Shown here in pieces: positions 1 through 13,549 of a stretch of 64,000 nt of DNA. Under the pieces are notes generated by a model. The model ran no database searches, was not told where the DNA came from, and worked only from the letters and a program-made list of their open reading frames with translations. The DNA comes from Podarcis pityusensis (lineage: Eukaryota). Numbering within the stretch: position 1 is the stretch's first letter; each line of letters starts with the position of its first letter. Where the stretch lies: NCBI GenBank assembly GCA_964106645.2, contig OZ067046.1. The stretch is one strand, 5' to 3'. The translations under genes were made by a program, and so were the position numbers.

Positions 1-965
1 CAGCATAAATAACCAGTCTCTCTGCAACTCAGCAATGTTGCCTCCATGCTTACTCCAAGCCACTGTATGCTAGTACCATATAAAGGGTTTTTTGGGGGGC
101 CAGGGGAGTTTTTGGGTATCTTTTATTTATGTAAAAATAGCTTTAGTGAGAGTTTTGAGGGTTTATGTGGCAAATAAGGCACAGCTGGTAAGACAGATTC
201 TATTAATTAGGCTGCATTTATTACAGTACAATACTGGAAAGGGAGATGAAAATCTTCTGTAGATTTTCTTTTAAAAACTCTTAAAAAATATATTGTTTGC
301 ATTAATCTTCTTCTGACCTTTTAGCTGAAGACAGTCTTCAGAAAGGAATGTTTGAAGATTTTTTACTTTGTGTCTAGCTGAGTATCACATCGGGGGTAGG
401 AGCTCATTGCTCGTAAAACCTGGTTTAAGATCTGGTCTTATAAGAAGAAAGGTAGTTGTGTTTCCCTCTTTATTTTACAAATATCCCAGAAAGCCATAAA
501 CTGGAAAATCATTCCTTTGAGCTGTACAATTAAGTTCTACTTAAAGCTATGGCATTGAGATTATGTGGTGAACCAGCTGCATTGATAGGGTTCCACCATT
601 GTAGGCATTTGTTGCTGGGAGAATCATGCCAAATACAGACTGTATGTCTCAACAAGTTCACCTAAATGCCGGTCTGCATCAGCATACGGAAAGTCCACTT
701 CATTTTGTGGCAGCTGCCTTTCACAACCAGCTTGTTCTTTGGTGGTATCCGTTACAGCTTAACCACATTTGGTTCATGCTAATTCAGATGTACCTGTGAA
801 AGGTGTGGCAGTCTGGATAGGCCTTTAGGTCTGTTGTTCTGACTGGCTGAAGATCAACTACAGCATAGTGGCAAATAAGGGTCAATACTCCACTAAGTTA
901 TTATAAAATTTAGTGATCTTAGGCATATGAAACAAGGACCGGCCTTATCATTGGACCATCTAGCC

Positions 966-1063
966 CAGCCTTTTTCAACCTTGGATCCCTGATGTTAGAT
1001 TACAACTCACATCATGCCTAACCATTGGCAAAACTGGCTGGAGATGATGGGAGTTGCAGTCTG
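966..1063. mobile_element. Short hAT-type MITE (ctacaactcccatca family) with 8-bp TSD
   Basis: ATCTAGCC duplicated at 958-965 and 1064-1071. CAG...CTG ends. Internal palindrome tacaactcacatcat / atgatgggagttgca. Confidence 0.75.
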
Positions 1064-1078
1064 ATCTAGCCAATGCTA

Positions 1079-1207
1079 CAGTCTTGGGTAACCTTTGACC
1101 CTCCAAATGTTTTTGGACTACAATGCACATTATCGCTGGTATTGGCTGGGACTGATGGGAATTGAGAGTCCAACAATATCTGAAGCTCCAAAGGTTCCCC
1201 AGCCCTG
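1079..1207. mobile_element. Palindromic hAT-like MITE (~130 bp). Related degenerate copies at ~4215-4322, 9303-9395, 34425-34510, 46503-46637, 51635-51766 and 56125-56234
   Basis: Self-complementary motif aacc...ctccagatgttgttggactacaactccc...gggagttg.agtccaacaacatctggag...ggtt recurs across the window. Confidence 0.7.
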
Positions 1208-1330
1208 CAATATGATCTACTTAGACTAGCAACAGAAGTTTTCAAGGTCTCAGGCACAGTTGTGCCAGCCCTGCTGACCAGGATCCTTTTAATTGGTTTA
1301 GGACTTCGGTTATACCAAGCATGTGCCCTA

Positions 1331-1556
1331 CAGTGGTACCTCGGGTTAAGTACTTAATTCGTTCTGGAGGTCCGTTCTTAACCTGGAACTGTTCTTAACC
1401 TGAAGCACCACTTTAGCTAATGCTGCCGCCGCACCGCCGGAGCACAATTCTTATCCTGAAGCAAAGTTCTTAACCTGAAGCACTATTTCTGGGTTAGCAG
1501 AGTGTGTAGCCTGAAACGTATGTAACCTGAAGTGTATGTAACCCGAGGTATCACTG
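1331..1556. mobile_element. Tc1/mariner (Tigger-like) MITE, family A copy 1
   Basis: TIRs CAGTGGTACCTCGGGTTA / TAACCCGAGGTATCACTG with TA on both flanks. Internal TAACCTGAA repeats. Confidence 0.9.
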
Positions 1557-3959
1557 TATTAATAGGTTCCTGTGACTTGAAAACAAAATGCCAACTGAAA
1601 ACATCCCTTAAAATTCAGACCTATAAGGATTCTTTTGTTTCCAGTGCAGACTCTAGGTTACCTGTATACTAATTTACCTGTCCTTCACATTTTTAATATT
1701 ATTTCTAAGCAGTTTGTTTAATAGCTACCTTCAAAGGCAAAAAACTGATGCAAATCCAGGAACAGTTTTTGGAGGGTAGTGATACAGAATGAGAAATCTC
1801 TTTCACAGACATATAGTTGTGAAGTTAATTCCTGCATAAAGCCTAGAACTAGCCAGCTATTTCGAATTGTCTTAAAAGTTTGAAAGGTCAGATCACATTG
1901 CTTGGATTAGTGAATCTCTTTAGGGGCTTATAGTATTAGTTGAGTTCTAAGGAAAAACAATCAGGCAGATTTATGGACTGTAAGTCAAAGTCTGTCAGGA
2001 ATTACCCAATCTGAGGGGTATCCCTAAACATTGCTATGCAAGTATTTCAGAGAGTGTTACTTGTTCTGTAATTATTCTTTCCTCTTGATTTTCTTCCAAC
2101 TGTTTTTTGGTTGATTTTCATGTTGCTGCTGCACACATAGGGCTTTTTTGGTTTGGGGTTTTTTGAAGGGCAAAGGACACCTTTCTACTCACCAAACCAG
2201 TAGATTAAAGGACAAACTAGGTGTGATGGCAGCAGCTTTTAATGTGTCTGCCTCCTTTGCCTAAAGAGCAAGGGGGAATCTTACCTCAACAATAAAAATG
2301 CACATAGGAAAGAGGTCCTGAACCCTGATGCTCTGGGGACCTTTTGCAGTTCCTGGTTAAATTTGTACCCCATTATTCCTCCCAACAGAGCCCAGGTCAG
2401 CAAACAGCAAAATATTTAAACATAATTAATGTTTTGTATTCTGTTTTACTCTTTGAGGAGATTAGAAATTTCCACATCCACTTTAGATAACCCTCAGTTT
2501 CCTATTATGTCCAGATCCTAACTCTGGCTAACATAGTTAAGATTAACCACAGTTTGGGTTTGGATATTACAACAAGTAGTGGTTAATCTAAAATGGAAGC
2601 AAAAATATCTGAATTTATCACTGTAGCTGCACCCAGAGGAGGAGGGGGACAATACACATCTGGATTTTGCTGTAGCTCATTCTCATAATGTACAGGCCTA
2701 CATTTTTGAGAAATTAAAGAGAATCCTCTATCTAGGCATGATGCTGTACCCAGATTATGACACGATGCAAAATTTATGGTGCTATAACTTTCCTTCTGAC
2801 CCCAAGCCTAACACAGAGGTGGGAATTTGGAGCAGACTCTTGATTATATTAAACATTGGGCATTTGATGGTGTTGCAAGTTCCACAAAGGTCTATCTGGA
2901 ACAAATAATTAAATGGAAAAAGGCTTTTCATAGAAATATCAAAACCACATAAAAATTATGTTTGCAGCAACATTTGGAATTACAGGTTTCTTGGAAAGCA
3001 GAGAAGAGAAGCAAATGTAGAGAAAGAGGTCAAATATATCATCTAGTTTTTAATTTAGTCATACTCATAGTACCCCCATTGAAATTATTGGATCTAAGGT
3101 GCTAAATCCATACTGTGGTTATCGCCTAGTTGGTTCTCATGCAAAGTTAATCTATGTCAAGTTCACCTTTGGAAAGTTTGGCAAATTATTTTTTGTCCTT
3201 TTTAATAAGACAAATGAAGATTTCTGAAACTGTCACTTTTAAAAAATGAAGAAATATGTTCATTTCAGGCTACACAGACCTTGGTTAGGCTCAAGCAATT
3301 CGGACAATTAGTGTTTTTTGTCTCCAGACATCTTTGTCCAGAAGCTTGGTACTCAAAGAACGGTAATATAGAGTTATATTTACATTTTTAAAATCATTGC
3401 TACTTTGGAAAATATGATAGTAGCCAAGAGAATGATTTCCAGTGCAATTCTTATACAAGTTTACTAAGAAATGACTGCCACTGTATTCAATAGGGCTTAC
3501 TCTCTGGTAAGTATGACTAGTGTTTATGAGTACATTAGACTATAATTATATTCTTCTTAGAAGTCAGTGCACATTATTGAAATGTTCTCTGTATTTTCAG
3601 GCTCTATGCTAGAAGAAAAAGGTTATGTATAAAAATTGCCTATTCTGAGAAAATTATTTTTTTTGGGGGGTGAACACATATTCTACAGTAGTTCTAGAAA
3701 TGTTGATTTTTAATTTTTTAAAGAGTGGGTTATGGATTGTGGACTGTGAGGTAATTTTTGTTCACTGGAATGAACTTTTTAATTTTGGAAATGTGGTTGT
3801 TAAGCAAAGGAGTTAAGGAAGGAAGTACATCCATGAGAATTAGCATAGCTCCGAGCTAAGGAATAATTACAGTCTATTTGAGATGTTCTTTTATTAGCTT
3901 AAGATGTGTGATCTTGTGTAAGACACATACTTAATTATCATTAAATACTCATATTGCAG

Positions 3960-4044
3960 GTTCATGAGATCTTTGAGTGTCAGGAATGTGACAAGAAATT
4001 TATTTCAGCTAACCAGCTAAAACGCCATATGATTACTCACTCAG
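3960..4044 (+). CDS. PRDM5: PRDM5 internal coding exon (85 bp; equivalent to human exon 9): [28 protein letters not shown]
   Basis: Acceptor ttgcAG at 3958-3959 and donor GTaaaa at 4045. Encodes a C2H2 finger matching the PRDM5 sequence as I recall it. Phase 0 in, phase 1 out, in frame with the next exon. Confidence 0.96.
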
Positions 4045-5636
4045 GTAAAAACCTTTTTCTTTCTTTATTAAATCAAGCTTCACATAATACATTGAATTGC
4101 TATTGTATATATTTTTGTTGTTGTATTGGGCTTTGCATTAACAAACAGGTAAGACCTAATAATGAGGCTCTTTGGTAGTTGGTTCCATAACCTAGTTTTG
4201 TCAATTTAAGTGGAGGGAAGTCTGTGGCCCTCCAGATGTTGTTGGATTCCACTGCCCTTCAGGTCAGGAATAATGGGATTTGTGGCCCCAACATCTGGAG
4301 AGGTTCAGTTTATTCATCCCTGATTTAAGATGGCTGTTCACATGAATAAGGCATATACCGCAGCTCTGAACACTTGCTTGTTACACTTGCTTCCATTGTA
4401 AGTGTGTTTGGAGTTTTGGCAGCCTAAAAATGATTTAGCTAAAAGGACTGATTTAATTGGTTTGAGAGTTTCAGCCAACGCATATAATCCTAATACTTTA
4501 CAATTAATAGGTTGAGCGTTTCCTTTTAGAAAACCCCAAGTTTCTTATATAGGCTCCTGCTTCCACATATCTTTTTTCTTCTTGGACACACTTGCATCAT
4601 AATATTTGCCTTGAAACTTGATTGAATAGTTATTTTTTAAAAAAGTTAGTAGGCTCATTGTATGGTAGAAATAATGTAAGCGATGCGGAGATGGCTTGAG
4701 GAAATGGCTTTTTTCCAGGACGTTTCCTTGGGCTGAAATAAATGGGAAGGTATTTAAATTATCTATTGGTCTCTAGGTATCAACAAGATGCTTCCATTGT
4801 TTCTAAAGCAGACCATATACACCTTTAGGCAATAGCCTGAGCAGGCACCTTATCTATGATGGAACTGGCAGAGGAGAAGCCATGTAGAATTTGCAAGAAA
4901 CACTGTTTTGTCTGATTGGACTCTGCCACTTATTTCTGTTCATTAAGCTCTGGCATTTCCACATCTTTCATTCAATAATTGGAAAAAGGTGCAATCAAAA
5001 CCTGAATTTTTGTTCCCTTCCTAAATGCTTTAAAACAGGGTTTCAACATTGCTAAAACGGTTGATGTTTAGCTGCTATCTCCATTTCATTGCATGCTTGA
5101 AGTGCATTTGTTTAAACAAGCAAACAAAAAGGACTGTATCTCAGGGGCATTTAGCTGAGTTTTGAGATTCTGGATTAGAATATTCTACATTGTAGTGCTA
5201 GGCTTCATATAGCAACTGAAACACAAAAGCATATACACACCAACTCTGGTTGTTTTAAAAACGAATCTGCTATGTATATTGTTAATTAAGTTTTAAAACA
5301 TTTAAACTGTCATGCCCTCGTTCACATTTGTAGTCTGGCAAGGCTTTGCCTCTTTGAAGTCATTCTCTTTTGATTTAAGCTAATTAATCAGAGTTTAGTT
5401 TTAGCCATGATTGTTGCAAAGAACGTGCCAATTTCTCGAGATGCGCCATGGCTCATCTTTTACGAAGCGACTTAACTGTGTAACATAAAGGGCATTAGAT
5501 GTCTTTCTAATTGGTTTAATCTTAATTGGGTTGACTTCATTGCAGAAATCTCTCCAACGAGATGGCTGTCTCTGCCTTTCATCTTCTACCCCTATATAAA
5601 CAGGAGATTAAATGTCCCCCCACTCATTTTCTGCAG

Positions 5637-5794
5637 AAAAACGCCCCTACACCTGCGAGGTTTGCAATAAGTCCTTCAAACGACTTGATCAAGTGACTGC
5701 ACACAAAATAATACACAGTGAAGATAAACCCTATAAATGCAAGCTTTGTGGAAAGGGATTTGCCCACAGAAATGTTTACAAGAATCACAAGAAG
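5637..5794 (+). CDS. PRDM5: PRDM5 coding exon (158 bp; ~exon 10): [53 protein letters not shown]
   Basis: Acceptor ttttctgcAG and donor AAG|GTaaaa. Two C2H2 fingers. Phase 1 in, phase 0 out. Confidence 0.97.
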
Positions 5795-7340
5795 GTAAAA
5801 ACAAAAACAAAAACAAAAAACCACTCCGCTGTTGTTGTTTACAGCTCTGCCAGGCTTAGATTTGCAGCTGTTGCTCATTTTAGTGATGGATCAGTGCGCT
5901 TTGGCATGCTTAGAAACATGAGCTTCAAATCTTGCAAAATATATTAGCTAGCGTTCCTTTGCGATAGCCTAGATATCTAGATCATAAACGGGTCCTTTGT
6001 GATTGTTTCTTTCTTTCTAATCAGTCCAGACTAGTTCAACTGATTGCATACTTGTTTTGATTTTGTTCCTTTAGGAATTTTTTTTTTAAAAAATAGTAAC
6101 TTCTTAACTATATCTATCTATTGTGATGTTGCAGTCATTTTTTCTCTTTGTGGCAGACATTATCAGGAGAGCCGTTAAAGTTTGCACTGACGACATTTCA
6201 GTTAGACATGATTTCAGCAACAGAAGAAAACTCTGCCCCAAAGTACAGAGGGACCTCACATTCAGGCTCCACTAAACGACTCCTGGCTGTGTGATTTAAG
6301 CTCCAATCTGCCTGCCCTAATTTTGATAATGCCTGTCATTACTTTTGACCCTGGGTTACGTTTTCAATGGCACGGCTGCACCCTTGACTGCTGCCGCTGC
6401 TTCAGAATTGCAAGACTGTAAAAAATTATCTGGCTGGTTTCCTGCTTAGTCTTTGAAACCCTATTGCTCCTTCCCTCCACCCGCCCCTTGCGCCAACACT
6501 TTGATGAAATAGATATACCAATACTTACACATTTTTCACAGTTTGGCTCATGTTATATGCCATCTGGGAATCTGGCACCGGATCTTTGCACCATCTTTTG
6601 TGTTTTCAGCCATAAATCATATGAAAGTAATAATAATAACCAGAATGCTTCTAACAGGGTGAAACAATGATGACTGTTCTTTCTAAGGCAGACAGGATGC
6701 ATGAGCCCGTTGAAAGACACAAGAGCTTGCATATCAGGACCATAGCTTACATATGTAATGACCTTTTAAAAATACAACTTACAAACTGGCTACATTGAGA
6801 GCAAAGTGACTGAAAGCTATTCTGAGTAGTCAACTTTAAATTAAAAAGAGAGGGAGAGGGAAAGGAGGGGGGAAACATGTCCCGTCCCCCCAGTAATCTC
6901 TGTGTCCTGAAGCATTATTCATTCAATAAATATTGAAAACCTAGTGTGGACCTTGCCCCTGAAATTGCTTTGAGAGTCATGGAAATATGTCCACATTGGT
7001 GTATTTTTATGTAGGATGGGTTTAGATTGAATTAGGGCATTTCCATTTTGGAAAGCTCAAGCAGCAGAGCTGGGATGGGCCCCAGCCCCAGCCTCAGTCT
7101 CTGAACCCCTGGATTTGAAGCTCATTAACAATATTGGACCTAGTAGATCAGGGATGGACTTGCTTCAGTTTGCATGGTATGCTTTTCTTTCTATCTTGCT
7201 TGAATACTCCTGGCCCAACAGTGTGCTTTTACAAAGCTGGGTATCACTGATCTTCGTTGAGGGATCAAGAATATGCATGTTTGCTTAAGAAGTGCCTAGC
7301 TTGATTCAAAGCAAGATAAATCAGGTCCTACATTCGCAAG

Positions 7341-7490
7341 CAGGGGTGTCAATGTGAATAAGATATTGAGTTGGCCAAGGTAAGCCCCACCTTGCATAAT
7401 CGATCACATGATGTGGTACATTCACACCACCCCTCAGACATTTTACTGGGGGGCAAAAGCCCCCTCATCTCCTAGGAGCTGGCTTCTATG
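7341..7490. mobile_element. Degenerate hAT-like non-autonomous element
   Basis: 8-bp near-duplicate flanks TTCGCAAG (7333-7340) and TTTGCAAG (7491-7498). TIRs are poorly preserved. Confidence 0.5.
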
Positions 7491-10400
7491 TTTGCAAGTA
7501 CTGCTGCAAACAGCAGACACAAGATGGCCCCCGGCACATTGGCTTGTGGTTCACCAAGGGATTGGGACCCCCTTCCTGCCCATTCCTATGGCAGACATCG
7601 GTCTGAATGAACAAGTCTGAGACTATTCAGTGCTAAAAAAGATAAAGACCTGAATCATGGTTACCAATAAGAATAGTTGACTCAATTTGCATGAATTATA
7701 CAGATTAAGCAAATGCGTATATTCTGCATAGTTAATTCTGCACCTGTAGGTTAGGGTAGAAGGTGAAAAGCTAAGTTGCTTCCAACAACTGGAAAGTGTG
7801 CCTCTGAGCTATAGACAGGCTCAGAGAATTTTCAGCCCTATTTGTACAGCTTTAAGGGGTGAAGCTTGAAAAGAGCAAGCAGTGCTCCCTCAAAACCCTT
7901 CAATTGTTCCACGTCATTAAAACAGCAAGTAAAAATTGGCATAAACTACACTAAATGAGCTACAGTGGCTGTTACAGAAGCTTGTGAATCTCAGCTTTCT
8001 TTTTTCTCTTTTAAACCCTTATGGTTTCAAAGATAAGACCGGGAAACATGATAGCAATTTGGGCTGGAAACTCAGAAACCAGATGGCAAGTGAAAAGGAA
8101 CTGTAATTCATTCATTTTCTCTTAAGTTTACTAAAGTTCTTAGTTTTAAGCTCAGAACTGAAAGATTACAAGTCTTCAAATTTTTAGCATTTGGCGATAA
8201 TAATTCTGTAGTAAGAAGCTATCTACGCTAGTGCCTGAGACACAGCAACTGATATGAAAATACCTGCTAATTATATTGGCTATGGCTATGTACAATTGAA
8301 TATACTAGTGAGCTGTAGCAGATAGGGTTCATGCGGTTCATGAGCTGTTTGTGACTGTGGTCCAAAACAGACTGACTTCATACACTTTTCTCGCAGTCTG
8401 GCTCCACCACCAAAAGTGAGCTGAGTTCTGGAGAAAAGTTTCTGAAGCAACATATTGCAACTAGGTCAGCTGGGAAGCAGACAAGTTTATCTCATCTCAC
8501 CTATGTACAACTTTTGTTGCAAAAAGCAGACCCCACCCCTCCCTTTAAAGATGAATGAAGTATTAACCTATGTCTCTCTGTGTGGTTAAAGGAATATGAA
8601 TGGACGCCAGTACTGTAATTCTATTTTTGCCCTCAAGTCTACTTCACAAAGTGTAGTAAACCGGTCCCTGGGCTGTTGTATTTCAGTCTATATGTGGAGG
8701 CTCCCATGTTTGAACCTTCCTTCATAACAATAACAAATCACTAAGTATAGAGAAATAGCATTTCAAGGGCTGGGCAACAATACTCCTCCCCCCCCCCCAT
8801 GTCTAGCTTTCTCTAGCTTTCCCTATGCAGGTTTTGTTTGGGGGGGGTTATGGAAGAGCATTCTGTCATGTGAACCCCCACCTGCCATTTGAAATTGTAC
8901 TGTCTAGGTGAAGGGTTGACACTACCTCAGGGAAATCTACATCTGAGGTACCCACTTGTAATCTCTTTTTGTATGCATTTTGTGCTACTCTGAGTAGTGC
9001 TTCATTTGTAAAATATCAGGGGCTGGTTCTGAGTCATATAAACAAGTTTATCTGGAAATCTTCTCTTTAATCTATGGGTTTAACTGGAGTAATTGTGCAC
9101 ATTTGTTTTATTTATCTGATTTAGGAAATGAATGCACTACTGACCATTTTTAGCAAAATCTCTATAGAGTGGCTTACAAGGTGTCATAAAATGTTACAAA
9201 ACAGAAATGGGAATACAGTAAAGACATTATAAAAATCTGTTGAACCTCTTCAAACATATGCTGCTTGTTCCTGTGCTTCTCCCAGAAAACAGGTTATATT
9301 ATAGCAGCCTTCTCCAACCTTTAGATGTTTTAGACCACTTCTCCCAATAGTCAGGGATGATGGGGACTGCAGTCCTTTCACATTTGGAGGGCACCTGCTT
9401 TGGGGGGATAAATGGGAGGGAAATGCAGGAAGCAAAAGTGTAGTTTAGTGGCCAACATGTTTTGGACCTTGTTAGTGAGTTCTACAAATAAAAATATTTG
9501 TATAGTTAACAGAACTGTGCATTAGAGATAAGACCTAGTCTAATGAAGCTCTGTTTCTGTGTGGTTTTAAGAAGGGAAAAGCCATAGCTTAGTGATAGAG
9601 CATACACAGCTCAGGTTAGCTGAATTGGGAAAGAGCTCCTTTGGTGACTTTGGAGAAGCAGTGCCATTCAGAATATGCAGAATACTGGGCTAGATGAACC
9701 ATATCAAAGGCCTGCTTAGTAGCAGACATCTCCTGATCCGCAAGCCTGATTTGATCCAGTAGTTACCAAAAATTCCAAAACACATCTAACAAATCATATC
9801 AAAGCACCAACTTTGGTGCTTTATTATTCGTCTGCAACAGGCATGGCTTGGTCAGAAGAGCAAAATCCAACTCCTATAACAAAAAACATGTTTTTCAAAT
9901 TTGATACCGTCAAATATAAATCCATGATAATCTTGTGGTCTTTGCACTGAATTGGTATTAGAAACATTTCTCTTAAGAATATTTAATGAAAAACAGGACA
10001 TGGGGATTGTGCCCTCTGGGAGGGTTTTATTATATGCTTTGGGCAGAGGTTGCCTTGACGCCTATGGATAATTTTTTTATGGATACATAATCTGGTGGTG
10101 TGCTGGAGCATCAGAACAAACTTGGCTGACTCGAAGTGTGTGTTTGACTATTTTCCAAGTTTACCCAGTGCTGTAACTGATGTGGTTTAACATAGTCTTT
10201 TCACAACAAGGAGTTGATTTCATTTTGAGGTGGCCCAGTTATCCATGTGTAGCATATAAAACACTTGCACTGCAATGGTTCTTATCACCTCAGATTATAA
10301 AATGGCTAACAATAGCACCTTGGTTGTACACACTTTCATTATTTCACTTTGTATAGTGCAGGGCTTGTCTACAATGAAGTTTACTGTGTGTCTGCAGCTG

Positions 10401-13011
10401 TTAACATTCCTATTTAATTTGCACAATCTACATGACATTACCTTCCAACAATACCAACCCTGATGCTCTCCCCTTGTAAATGTGGGTTTAGCCATACAGG
10501 GATAATCTAATGAACTGGGGGAAATTTGCCCTCAAACCGCTTCACTCGGGGTCACAGACTATGTGTTGCAGTTCTTTCGGAGAGGTGAATCACCACTTTC
10601 TGCTCTTCCCCTTTGCATGACCACTACTTCCCTCGTGCTTTCATTTCCTTTTATGTACATTCTTGTAGCTATTTCTGGCACGCTCCTGAACGAAGTGTAG
10701 CCTTGAGACATTTCTTAATTTTGCTCCTTCAGATTTGCACAAAACCAGAAAATTACACAAACCAGTCACATTAAAAATGGTTTCCCGAACATTTATATTT
10801 GGCTGACTATGGGCTTTTGTTTACATCCTGGACTCAGGGCTCATCCAAATCCTGGGTAAGTCCCATAAAAGGAGGATTCTGGGGCATGACTTACCCCACT
10901 CCAAACTTAGTTTAGCTGAGTCATGTGACCGATTAACCCAATAGAATTTACTTGAGCAGAAGGGTTGGTGTAAGTCAAGGGTGGTGTAAGCTGACACAGC
11001 TGGCAGTAGCCCCACTCCTGAACCAAGTTTGGAAAAAAATTGCCCTGGCTTCCTATCATTTGGATTGCTTTATAAGTGACTAGGTCAGCCACACTCTCTC
11101 AGCCTAATCCTACCCCACAGGGTTTTTGCGACAATAACAGGCAGGGAGACATGTGTGTTACACTGATTTGTGGTGTAGGATAACAAGCTAGTTTTGTACA
11201 ATAAATGTTTCCAGCTCTGCTTTCCTGATCCATTGCCCCACCACCCTGGCAGATGCCTTTTATGTTTAACTAGTAACTGTGGAGACATTAGCAGACCCTG
11301 AGTAAAGGGGGCATGGGGATGCAAGGCAGAGAGGAAAGCACAGTGTCCCTACAGATTTGCCATAAAAAGAAGTGCTTTATTGAACGCTCCACATGCATAA
11401 GACAGAGTGTCTAATAAAAACATATGCATTCTTGGCAACTCCTCCCAATCAAAACAACTTAAAAACCCTGCTACATGCAGAGAGGTCAGTTATCTGAGAC
11501 ACCCCTAATGAGACTGGGTGCCTTTACCTGATGCGGGAGAAGAGAATCTCTTTAAGAAACTGGATCTAAAGCCTACCTGTATATACCTTTAAAGGTTTTC
11601 TCATATATCAGGCCATGGCTTCACATTACAGATAGGCTTTAAAAGATGTTTGAAATCTTCACAATGGTTTCATGGATCATGTTTCCTCACAATATAACAT
11701 GCTACTCATTTGTAATATTTGGGTAGTGGAAGAAGAGGAGGAGGACCATGTGTGTGCTTGGGCATCATAAATTCTTTTTATTTCTTTGAGAGCTGCTTTA
11801 TATCACTATGCATGTTGAATTGGTTTAGTATAGAATATGACTAGAATACTTCAGGATAGTTTGCATATTTGATTCCCTAAGAGTTGTGGAAGCGTGGTTG
11901 GGCTGTATAAGAGACCTCTGATGATTTCCCATCCTCTGATATGGCATCTTCACTCTGGGCAAAAAGAGCTAGAAAGAGGTCATAGTCTGGAGATCTCCTC
12001 TTGATCTGCCCAAGAGCTGACAGGGTCAATATTGTCATTAACAGCAATCAAGAAGGAGGTACATTTGCATTTGTAATACTGGGTGCATTTTTTTTACATC
12101 CCTTGTTATTGCATATTTATAATATTGAAAGTAATTGAAAAGGAGCAAAAATAGAATAGAAATTACATGAAGCTGATAAAATCTGAAAGAAAATAAACAC
12201 TGCTTAAAAATGTAAATTAATAAAACCATTTCCTACTAAATGAATTGCTGTACTGAGCCTCTAATTCTATTGATGTTCCAAACTCTCCATAGCTTCCAAA
12301 AGAGTGACCAAATGTATGCAGTTCAACCATCTTTACATTTATTACTTTGCACTCTGTCTACTGGTCTACTCTACTATGAGGAACTGTTCGGTCTTCCAGA
12401 GTTGTAGAACAAGCTGCTTCACTTATAACCTAGAAAATATGTGTCTTCAAACAGCAGTCAATCAGCACTGCAAATGGCTTTGGAAATTCTACATGATTTC
12501 ACTCATGTGGGCTTGTGTTAGGAAGAGAAATTAGTCAAAACTCTTGATAAATATAGGTCCTTCAAATGTGAGCACAGTCAACAAAGTTCTGCATGTAGTT
12601 AACTGAGAGCCAATTGAAACATTATAGCTCCCATGTGAAGGCTGATTAAAAAGTGTTTATCCTCATGCTTTGTATGCTAGGCATAACATTTAAAAGCCTC
12701 TTACACTATGTTTTGGCTCAAATTTGTACAAGGGGCAGCAATTGCTTGGGATGTGCATTGCTGCTACTGGTGTGAAAACACTGCACATTTTGGTAAATGG
12801 AATGACAAGCTTTTAAATGCTACTCACAATGCTTTTGGGAGTCTGTAACATTTAAAATTGGCCTGATAATTCTTGTAAGGGAGTGACAGTGGTTTTGGTA
12901 TTCAGGATAGTGGTTTAGAAAAGCCGATAAAGGGCTGTTAAGTGGCAAAGCAAGAGAAACTCTGCAGCTCTTCTGAATGAAACTTAAGGGCTTGTTTACA
13001 TGATCTAGGAA

Positions 13012-13165
13012 TAGGGTGACCAGATGCCAATTAAGACAAGATTCCTGCACCTTTTAACAGTGGCATAGGGGAGGGAATTTCAGCAGGCTAGAGTGCAAAC
13101 TACACATGCTGAAATTCATTTTTCTAAAGGTGTAGTCCTGTCTTCTTTTGCATCTGGATACCATA
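13012..13165. mobile_element. Degenerate hAT (Charlie-like) MITE
   Basis: Ends TAGGGTGACCAGATG / CATCTGGATACCATA. Internal inverted pair gaatttcagca / tgctgaaattc. Confidence 0.55.
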
Positions 13166-13518
13166 TAAGGAAAGCAGAGTTGATACAGCTGAATTAACCA
13201 TTCTTCATGCAGGAAATAAATCCCAGAGTGAGATAGTCATACTTTCAGGTTCAAGGTCTACAGTTTCCCCACTTTACTCTTTGCACAAGAGACAAGGCAA
13301 GTCCAAATACTTCTGATTATCTGGGGGTACTTTCTATGCTCTCAGTTTGGTTTAGCTTCTGATCAGATTAAAAGAAATCAGAAGGTAAATCTATTTAAGA
13401 TGTTCAAAAAGCCAGATAGCTGATCACCTAAGCAAGCCCCAAGTGTGTTATTAAATGAGGGCGGGGGATTTTTCACTCATGCATGGTGCCAGATTAACAG
13501 CCCTAGAGACTGAAGCCT

Positions 13519-13549
<31 letters not shown>

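Noticed and set aside
1380-1545. Recurring TAACCTGAAG units resembling a CRISPR-like array
   Set aside because: These are subterminal repeats of a MITE found four times in the window. The DNA is eukaryotic, with no unique spacers and no cas genes.
1-3959. Search for an upstream PRDM5 exon
   Set aside because: I found no zinc-finger-coding segment with splice sites, so earlier exons appear to lie before the window.
5795-5947. Read-through of the exon ORF into the intron (also 4045-4178 and 38033-38083)
   Set aside because: Canonical donors are present and finger homology stops at them. The extensions are intronic.
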